Shown here: one piece after another, positions 50,067-62,484 of the stretch
How the letters are laid out: each line of letters opens with the position of its first letter
Numbering within the stretch: the stretch's first letter is position 1
DNA from: Tubiluchus corallicola
Taxonomy: Eukaryota; Animalia; Priapulida
Direction of reading: 5' to 3'
Length of the DNA: 62,484 nt
NCBI GenBank assembly: GCA_030141605.1
Contig: JAQGDQ010001104.1
Coordinates: 1 to 62,484, forward strand
Program-made: the position numbers and the translations under genes
The notes under the pieces: model-generated
What the model was told of the DNA's origin: nothing
The model's input: the letters and a program-made list of their open reading frames with translations, nothing else
Database searches by the model: none

Positions 50067-53000
50067 AGGCAATGATTCAACCACGCATTACTTAAGGTGA
50101 TAAATTTCATATAAAACAAAGCGACGTTAACCATATCTGATATCTAAACGCCGCTTTAAATCGTTTTAAAAATTCTGATGCACAGATCCACAGTTTTGCA
50201 CTGCTAACCAAAATTCGTCAATTTATTTGCGCATAAACACACCCATATGGCCATATTCATATTGAATAGCGACACGTAGATACATATTATAAAACTCATA
50301 ACATGTATATATTACAAACATCATTACAGACAAGCCTTCTCAAGCTTGAGATCTAGTACTTACCGAAAATGAACAAAGTCACTTACCTTTGATGCCTTGC
50401 AATAATTTACGCCATATAATAAACTGTTTCTACTTACAAGTCTGCACTCTTGTGCTCCTGCCTAAACACAACCCCTAATCAGCGGTTGACTAATCAGTAA
50501 GTCAACGTTGGACTCACAGTATAGGTGCGTAATGGGTCAAAGTTATATTTGTTTCTGTTAAATACAGAAACTAAAACCTTAAGACCACAAAAAGGCCGCA
50601 CACGAATAAGTTGACTATATAAAAGCTGAATTGACATCTAATCTGATACATCGATTTATTATAAAAAAAGAAAGTGTCATTTGACTTGCTCAGATACTTA
50701 AATGTTCTTTTACAACTACAGACAACTGACACTCAGCCCTCGAAAGGTACAATGGCGATAAATTTAGTTTCAAAATTTAAACAATTCTGGGTTAATGATC
50801 ATAACAGAGATGACGATGACGATTATGGCGATAACGACAATATCGTAACAGTTGCAGTTGCTAGCCGTACGATACAGCTTTTCAAACACTACTGCTGCCC
50901 GTTCAATAAAACCTCTAACAAAATTTAAAATTCTAATCATGTTATGATCTCAATAAATCAACATGGCTTAATGAATTTTCCATTACTGGAATGAACCAAA
51001 TTAAATGCAATTTCAATCGAATCAGTTATAAACGCAATTAAAATGAAAAACGGCAAATAGAGAAGTAATAATTCAGGATAGTAGCTCACTGCACATTCTA
51101 CACATCAAAGTACGATGAAAATGAAGACCTATTATGCTAATTACACTGCAATTTTGTAAATGTTCAATCTGCAAATAAACTAAACTATATAAACTCTAAA
51201 TTGCTCTCAGCAAAACTCAGAGCACAAGTAACAAATAGAAAGAATATAAGCAATTTTTGCTAATGATTTCAATTTTATTAATAAAATTTTATCGATTATC
51301 ATAACCTGCTCCATAACTTGCATAGTGAAATCTAATTAAGCATATTTGTCAAACAGTGGAATTATTATTCATAGGCTATCAGAAGGCCATTGTTTTTACC
51401 TGCGAAAACTATAAAGGTAATAAGACGACAGAAAAACATTTAGATCAACAATAATTCAATGAGTAAATCAAGTACGCGCAGCTTTGTCAACAATTTTTCA
51501 TGTTTACCAAATGACAATTAAAGACTCAGTCCTTGACGACGCGCTGCCAAAAATATCTATAGTAACTTTTACAGCAGTAGGCCTGCCACATGCGTCAAAC
51601 ATTTTTTTTCGTTCGTTTTGCGATGTCCTGATTTTGACTGTTTTTATCTGTCACACAAAGTAGTCCAAATTCTTTTAGGCTCATCTAAAAATTAAGACTG
51701 ATATTTCCGTCATAAGCGGTTTTCTTCAAAAGCAAAGCAATGTCATTAGATTAATCATTCATTGCCCCACTTCGTCCAGAAAATGGACACGGAAAATTCA
51801 GAAAATCGGACGTTGTATGCGATTTGATAGTACACGTACTTATGTAAGCGATAGTAGAAGTGCACAACATAAATACTAAAGATACCACCACTTTAGTATT
51901 GGCATCGTTCAAGACAATGACAACTAGAAGCAAGTTACACATTAAAATGGGCGCTTATCCCTAAATTACCTCAACGGTACAACAGCACAGAAATGACATA
52001 TCCAAAATATGCAACATGGTTATGACAAAAAGATGCATGTGCATTACGACATGTGTAAGTGAATATTGTGCACTAGACATTGCATGCTTTTGTGCTCCAT
52101 GCTTTTGCTTAATCATGAAAATAATGTTACTAAATGTAAAATATGATAGTCCAGTTTTCAGTGATGAAATGACACTATGTATTTAAGCCAGAAAAACCAT
52201 TTATCTATATCTTTAAACATAACAAAGCTTCCATTGTTATAAGAAGAACTTTTTACCTGCAAACCCGTCAAAAGTAGCAAAATGGACATAATCATTTTTG
52301 TGCTGTTACACTGTTAAATGTAACCATACAACCTTAATGTGCACGTTACGGTATCTTATGCAAAAATCTAATTTATCAGTATTTGCAATCGTTGCACGTA
52401 TGATAAAACTTACAATGTATTTTAAAAATATTGATATATCCACAGATAATTACAATGAAAATCACAATCAAAAACCATTAATAATAATAACTCTTAATGC
52501 ATATAAAGAGAGTTAAAGTGACATTATTATAACCATCACGGGACATAAACCACAAGATGGTGGTAAAAATATATATAGTAACATTGCTAAGTGCTCACAT
52601 ATCCTACACACATCCTATTCTCAAACAAACACATGGCCTTATATTGAAATAAAAGCTTTTATACTCTACACTATAAAAACTAACGATGCAAAAGTGCATT
52701 AAAAGTAAATACGAATAAATGTCTATTTAATGGAGGCAAGAGCAGATAGTGTTATCACAAAAATCAGGAGTTATGAAAAAAAGAGGACCGTGAAAATCAA
52801 TACAGGGATTGGAGGAAGACAATAGTGTTATTAGAATGATAATTATAGTCACTCATTCAATAAAAATTATACAAATATTATATTGAAAGACACAGAATGG
52901 TATTTGAATATAATTTCTATAGTAGAAGGGTTCTTATATTTAAATGCCAGATCTGATGTTTTTGCAATTGCGTTCTGTGCATACTGCTTTCTTTCTATTA

Positions 53001-54787
53001 GTGTTTTTTCTGTACTGTCTATTCCATGCTTTATTGATTAAGTTTTGATTGAGTTTTTCTGGTTTTCTTCTGTGCTCGATTGGTGAAGATTTGTGGTCCT
53101 CACAACTTCTTACAACTTTTTTTAGCAATCTTTTGTACTTTTTGCTGTTTTTTTCCTTCAGTTGAAATACAGTTTTACATGGTTACTAAGCCATATTTTG
53201 TCTTTTAGTTTTTTTATTGTTGAATTTCTTTTATTAATTGTAACAATTGTTGACATGACGAATTATTTCTCAGTTATTATAGTCACTCGTTTCATTTATT
53301 TTCACAACCTTAGCTGACACACAACCAGATTTTCTGCTTCTAACTGTCACTGGAAGAATTTTGAATCTAACAAATGTTCGGGGAATAGAGGGTAAATTAA
53401 TTAAATACAGAAGTGAAAAATACTGCTCCATACCAACTGTAGCACAGGGTGATACATAACCTTTCGTTTACAAAAAGAATGAGTAAAAGTATGGAACAAT
53501 TTATCAAATCAAAGTATTGTTCAAACAATAGCAAATCTACCATGACTTCAAAATTTGGTTTAGAAGCCTCGTACATCTCACACAGCCTGAAATCTTAAGC
53601 GGATGATAGGAGCAATGATTCGAATAACTCAAGATCCTCTGATACATCTTACAGATGTCTCACAATTTTATCTGTTGAATACTGATCAATGGCTTGTTTA
53701 TCGTTCATACTGTCTTTCAGGACAGCTCCAATGTGTTTGGCAGGGTTGGGGTCTGGCTAATTTCTGAGCCATTCAATTCAGTTGAGAAAATTAATGGCAG
53801 AGTGATTTTGGTCACTGCTATAAGCAGAGCTTTCTCCAAAATATTGAGGGCTTGATGGATTCGCTAATGATTAAGCAATACCTTGACGCAATAAATTGTT
53901 CTGTTCTGTTCTATTCGTTGTTTCCGTACACACCTAACAAGAATTTATGCTCCACCCTGTACATGTCAAGACTATAACAGTCGTGCTTGATGAAAAGGTT
54001 CATTATCTCAAGACAACAACAGACACAATGCTTAAACATTAACAAGTAAAAATATGGAATGTTGTGTAGGGAATACCACAATGCTATTTTCACATAATTA
54101 AGAAATGAGTGTAAGCTATCATTAATAAGCAACAACAACAACAACAACAACAACAATAATAATAATAGTATAGTAACACCAAAAGGATTTGCAAAATGTT
54201 GCAAGGAGTAACTTGTGAAGCATTCTAGATTCTACTCTTTACAACATACTATGCATAAATTTAGAAAAAGTGTAGTACCAGTCACTTAATAGTAACTTAG
54301 GTACAAGACTTCAAGAAAAAAAGTCCCTTATAAAATTTCAAGACCTCAGTCCGTCACTTCCTACTCAGGGTCTCTTTTCCACTATTTCCTCATTTAAGCA
54401 GAACTTCAAGACCTCCGTCCTTCGACTGCCCACTCAGGGTCTTTTTCCATTATTTGCTCATGTAAGGCATCATCTCTTTCTCTTTAATTGCAAAGTGTTA
54501 AATGTGGTAAATACAAGAGATTCACAGGACAGTAGTAAAGTACAGTAGAGCAGATTCTTTGCTTCTCGATAGTAAAGTTACAGGATTGGAAATAAGCAGA
54601 TTAAGCAACCTTTAAATTGCATAGCTTAAAAATCTTCGAATTCACCTTCGGCTACAGGAAACACCAAAACCTCCCCAAACAACAACCTACTCAAAATTTA
54701 AAAGATATCAGGTTACATTTTCATATAGATAAACAATACAGATTGGATACAAAACATGCAACCAACAATGTGACAGAGCAGGTGATC

Positions 54788-56440
54788 CTAGCCTGCAGTC
54801 AAAATCCTGTACAAGTCATCATCTCCTAGGCAGCCTTTTGTGAATTCTTCTTCTGTTAACTTTCCATCACCATTTATGTCCATTTTTTCGAAGATTCTGC
54901 GAGCCCGTACTTCCGGTGTCTCTTGCATTTTACTAAGATCAGCTCCCAGCATTTCATAAATTGCCTAAACATGAAAAACACTTGAAGTCAAAAAACAACT
55001 TTAAACTAGTGAAGTATTGATACTTAAATGTAAAACCTAAACAATTTTTCTTAAACTTAGTCTAATTACTACCAATATTTTCATGATACTGACATGATTT
55101 TGTCACCATGAAATTGCTAATGAATACTTTAAACAATTACCTGTATTATTTTGACCATTTCGCTTAGCTCTATTGTTAGACTATTGTCAATATCATACAT
55201 CTTAAATGCCCATTCCAACTTCTGCTCAGGTGACCCACTGGACGTGACATTGATGGCCAACAAAAACTCTTTAAAGTCAATTGCTCCGGAGTTATCCTGA
55301 TCGAAGGTGCGGAAAACGTGGTCACAGAATGTCTCGGCATTACCCGATGGAAAGAACTGTTTGTATACTTCAAGGAACTTCTTTCTCGTTAACTGACCAT
55401 TAGGACAGTCTTGCTAAAGTTATAAAACACCAAGAAAATTATTAGAATTCACAGTGGCTATGAAGCATTTAATTTTACGAAAACATTTTCTAGAAGATCT
55501 CTATAAAATTTAATGCAGACAGAAAATACATGCTAACACATACTTGCTAAATGTCAAAATTTGAATAATTCGCATAATTTTCAATGCCTCTCCACATAGA
55601 GAACACCAGACCAGATAATAAGGTATTGAAAAACAGCAAACATGACAATTGTTATAATATTGGTTTTAATCTTAACTTTTGTGCACACCTTACATGTGTA
55701 AGCGCTAACTGTGTAATACTACGGTGAAATCTCAGACTAGGTTTCCTATGCTGAGTCAGTAGCTCATGGCAGAGCATATGTCAGGAAAGCAGCAGCTTAT
55801 GGTTTCAAATCCTAAATATCTAGTGCCTCCTTTTTCAATTAATGTTTTTTCAACTAGGTTGTGTCTCTCTTCATATGTGAATAATTGTGTATACATGTTG
55901 TTAGTCATGCGCGCATCAGGTATAAAAATAGTTTGCCTCCTCTACACTCCTGTAAACCCCAAAACCAGTATTATAGGTATTTCAATGCTATAAAAATACT
56001 CAAGAATAACTAATAATTGGGTCACTAGCTATTTGACTAACAATGCGTCCCCCATATTCGATTATAAAGAAGCATGTTGTCTTAGAAATCGATCTTCTGT
56101 TTAATCAAGACACATATAGAAGTTAATCGACAGATCTGTTTATATGAACAAATTCCTTACCTAGCTAGACGACTTTTTGCACTGATTGTTTGTTATACAG
56201 ATAGTCAAAGCAGCTCATGTCTTAGTCAAAACACATAACATTGAAGAAACGGATTAATACGACCATTAATCATTATTAACGCCACTATAATAAAGATAGT
56301 GAAATAGATAAGTATCCAAGACTTACGTAAAAACCTCTATGCCATTCTTTTATCTGTTCTTCGGTGAAATTTGTGTTATTTTTCAAAAAGTTCAGTTCTT
56401 CCGAAGACAATTTCTTCTTCTTACTGAGGCACTTTCCCAT
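54788..56440 (-). CDS. Second neuronal calcium sensor (NCS-2-like), 187 aa, 3 coding exons; missed by the ORF track
   Basis: Exons 56440-56327 ([38 protein letters not shown]), 55413-55141 ([46 protein letters not shown]), 54964-54788 ([29 protein letters not shown]); all phase 0, GT-AG. Confidence 0.93.
55755..55825 (+). mobile_element. Possible tRNA-derived SINE head
   Basis: A-box-like TAGCTCATGGCAGAGC and B-box-like GGTTTCAAATCC; no intact cloverleaf. Confidence 0.3.
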
Positions 56441-58244
56441 GTTGAACTACAACTGAAAATAAAAACAGTCAGGCATAATGTGAGCATACCACAACCTTTC
56501 ACTCTACACGAGTAAACATTTACAGTCCGTTTACACCATGGCCATATATTCACACTGTTTATACACTGATGTTTATTAGACCTCTACATAAAAATGAATG
56601 GTTTGCATTGGACATTTATAGCTTCTATTGAATAGTAATGCACGAAGGTTGACAACGTCCAGTGATTCCAGATATAGATTTAGGCCTATAAGATTTTGGA
56701 TAGTCAGTGTAAAAACATATGCATTCTTTCAGAGACAGAGATATTAGCAATACTGCAGCCAAAACCCTAACTCTTAATGTATTAGCGTTATGCCCCTTTT
56801 ATTAGTATTACTCTGTAATTATTAAACTCCTTTATTGCATTTATTACATAACAGGTAAATGGTATAAAATATAACAAATTCATAATAAAAGTCATATAAT
56901 AAATGAGCACTTAACAGAACTTAACAGCACTTAACTTAAGGTTTATGATAAAACGTGGCCTACAGATTAGCTGATTAAGATAAGATTGTTAATACTATTA
57001 ATTAGTTTAGTTTAGTTTAGTTTAGCTTAGCTTAGTTTAGTTTTAGTTTATTATTATGACATTCAGTACAATATAATGATATTAAGCACACAGTGACATC
57101 AAAATTATTACGTCATACTGTATTAAATTGTTATTTTTCATACACTATCGTTATCATAAAATAATAATTGTACTGCAGTGGGCTAGAGAAGCAAAGGCTT
57201 GTATAAGCCCACTGTCATGTGAATCCGATAAAAAAAGAATGGATGAGTGAACAAAAAAAAGAACTGGGAGAAAGGTTAGATCACACAGGAAGGGTAGAAG
57301 GATGTGTTAGTGGCAGTGGTAGAAAGAAAGATAATAGATTGCCCTATGTTTACGTCAGCTCTAAAGATTTATCAATGATGTCGCGTTTTGGATAATCCGT
57401 AATTAAGTTTAAGACATGCCTATACTACACAAATTAGCACTGATAAACAAGATAAACATTTACGACATTTACAATTTACGTATTTTAGAAAAAGCTATCA
57501 TTAAATAGTCACGTTCAGTGCCAAACAGCTAACCTTTTCCTTTAATCTATTGTCGATATGTGAAAATTGATGTGTTCAGTTCACTGATGCTGTAAGTACA
57601 CGTGCCGTTTTAATGTGCAGTCTGAGAATAGTTATTTTTCATTTTTTTGCAAATTGTACAATTCCTTACATTGCTATCTTTCACACGTTAATGCAATGTA
57701 CTTTCCTTGTTTACTAAACTGACTTTCCTGCTAGATGAATTAAAGTGAAACCATGTTCCCATGTTACTTTGTCGTGAAGGATAAACTTGTATATCTTAAT
57801 GACTTTTAGAGGCCTAAAACAGGGAAAGATCATCCTAGCAACTGATAGTAGATACTATCATGTTGTGGAATTAATAAAATAGCCCAAGTTGTTCAATTAT
57901 TTATATATCGACTGCAACTTAGCACTAACCTTTTAATATAAAACTATGTGCTCGTTCGATATTTAATGAAGGCTGTTGAGTCAGCGAATAAATACAAAGA
58001 GAGTAAATGGATTCCCACGTTACAATAGACTGAAGCCTTTTATTTGCACTTGAGAACAAAGAACAGGTCTACTACCAATACATCAATACTTAACTACACA
58101 TCTCTTTGATCTGGGAGAGTAGATAAAGACGGTTACTTAGTTTCGGTAGACCAGAGTTGGATGAGTACGAGGACGATTCAAACTAGAGGATAATTTCTCT
58201 ATTTGATAATAACTACACCGAAACTGAATCAGAGTTGATGGACG

Positions 58245-60500
<2,256 letters not shown>

Positions 60501-61073
60501 GTTGAGAAAAAGCACGACGCTACTAGCAGCATATATGCTGAAAATTTACCTTTACAACATTAATAACTGTTATTACCATTGTTACAAAGACCGAAGTAAG
60601 TTCTGCAAATGGACATTCATGAAGCTACTCCTCAAACAGAAACTTAAATACTAAAATCGGGTATGAAAACCCCCGTGTTCATTGTCTGTTTATAAAAACA
60701 GGACAATTCAGTAGTATCATAATATCATAAAAACAAGATCAGTCATTAATCAAGACCAATGATTATAAGCGGTGCCGTCAAACTTATATTCTGTAGAGAA
60801 AAGTATAGCCATTGTCACCATGAGAAACATCAATGCAACAAAAGCACTTAACATTGCTACCAGTGACCTTAGTGAGACGGCCTTGGGGCAACAGACTTAA
60901 CTTTTCCCAGCCTGTCTTCCATACTGCAATAGCAACAAACGTGATGATGAGCAATAATAAAACGGAATTAGCAATTTGAGAAATTCTTTTATCGTCATCA
61001 AAGTGAGACAATAGTTGTGAGTAAATACTGCGCACATATTTTACAGGCAACTCATACCATCGGCAATGGTGGT

Positions 61074-61735
61074 AGTAGTAGTAGTGGCAGTGGCAGTAGC
61101 AGCAGCAGCAGTAGTAGTAGTAGTAGTAAAATCTTTATTTGCCATTTTAAAAACATTAGCCATCATATTAAAAGACAGACAATCAGTGTTAGTTCATATA
61201 AAAACATACACTGTTCTGGGCAAATGCGTCTGGTGCAAGCTAAACTATAAGTGCAACTAGACATTCAAAAATAAAATATAAACTAGTTTAGTAAGGTCTT
61301 GGAAAAATGAAATTATGATTTGAGTGAGTATCATCATGTTCGTATGTCGGATATTCAAAACGAGTCATTAAATGTTTTTTTTATTTAGACTTGAATATTG
61401 ATAAAGAGCTGCTGTGTTTTGGTGATGTCGGTAATGAATTCCAAAGTTGTATTGCTTGCTTAGTAATGTAATTCTTTCCATATTGATTGTTCGTTCTAAT
61501 GTTTCTTAAATTTAGTGTTCTGTTATTCATACTGGGGTTTTTAAGAAGTGGGAGGCTTATTGTTTTTAAAAGGTAACAATTTAGTGATTAATGTCTCGAA
61601 GTCTAATTACCTGCTGTGGTCTTTAGCGTAAGCTGGGGTATTTAAGAAGTGGGAGCTTATTGTTTTTAAAAGGTAACGATTTAGTGATTAATGTCTCGAA
61701 GTCTAATTACCTGCTGTGGTCTTCAGTGTAAGCTG
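61074..61735 (-). mobile_element. CR1/L2-type LINE 3' remnant with trinucleotide tail and an adjacent ~100-bp tandem duplication
   Basis: Minus strand NIRTNNQYGKNYITKQAIQLWNSLPTSPKHSSSLSIFKSK*KKHL (WNxLP..SL..FK motif); AATAAA then (CTA)n-like tail. Confidence 0.7.
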
Positions 61736-62296
61736 AAATTCTAAAACGATTGCGATATGCTTCTATTGATTTCAAACTAAACATTAAACCCAACACAACC
61801 TCAACGACTTCACACGGCTGTAGTAGCCCATACGTCTTCTAATTGTTAACCTCGACGCCTTTGTTCATCGTAAATGAGACCAAAAACACGTTCAAAATAA
61901 TTATCGCTATTAGAATTAGAAATCGAGTCTCATACAAATGCACAAACAGAATCGAGCAATACTGCCATCTCTTTCACCCCACTTCATCATTTTATTAAGC
62001 ATGAATCGTTTTATCACCCCAATGGTAAGTAGTGTGCTCTAATTTCTTGAGAGGAAGTAATGATTTAGAAGTAATTAAGGCATTTATTAATTATGTTGAA
62101 AAAGCGTTTTTAAGACATGATGAACAACACATTATGTTATGATCATATCATTGAAAATGAGGCCTAAAATTTATTTTAAATACTATCATTAAACTTTTCA
62201 TTAAATAACTAATATAACTAACAGGAAGATTTAACAATATTTCTTTTTTCAGTAATTGTTTTGTTTGTATAATTATAGCGTCATTATATTTCATAA

Positions 62297-62428
62297 TTGA
62301 AACTGTATATATGTCTTGTTTTTTGTATATTTCAAAATTGAAATTGTATGTATGTCTTGTTTTTTGTATATTTGAAAATTGAAATTGTATATATGTCTTG
62401 TTTTTTGTATATTTGAAAATTGAAATTG
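62297..62428. repeat. 41-bp AT-rich tandem repeat, ~3 copies
   Basis: TTGAAATTGTATATATGTCTTGTTTTTTGTATATTTGAAAA units. Confidence 0.85.
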
Positions 62429-62484
62429 AGCAATACGTAATACTACTTCAATTGTACTTCGTTCAGTTACGTATTACTATTGGT

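Noticed and set aside
52940-53128. Basic ORF as LINE remnant or gene
   Set aside because: No diagnostic motif or splice support

Overview
AT-rich, intron-rich animal (invertebrate-like) genomic DNA; not prokaryotic. Four complete multi-exon genes can be assembled with GT-AG junctions in consistent phase. These are an SLC22-family organic cation transporter (+, 12841-28787, 10 exons), a secreted PAN-like + F5/8 type C (discoidin) protein (-, 39300-35216, 5 exons), and two tandem neuronal calcium sensor genes (-): neurocalcin/hippocalcin-like (49470-46495) and an NCS-2-like paralog (56440-54788). There is also a probable terminal exon of an unidentified gene (6687-6857). Most long ORFs in the supplied track are repeat artefacts. 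The rest is solo LTRs, hAT/piggyBac/TA-type MITEs, LINE tails and mini/microsatellites. Most notable observations: (1) a ~270-bp RTE-tailed retroposon whose 5' end is a twister ribozyme starting at the expected self-cleavage site; (2) an array of ~15 copies of the neurocalcin last-exon 3' splice site, each with branch point, pyrimidine tract, AG and first codons; (3) a 75-bp minisatellite born from a BEL/Pao integrase, open on both strands; (4) a composite direct + inverted duplication that places ~2-kb inverted arms around a terminal exon. All calls are by eye; no searches were run.
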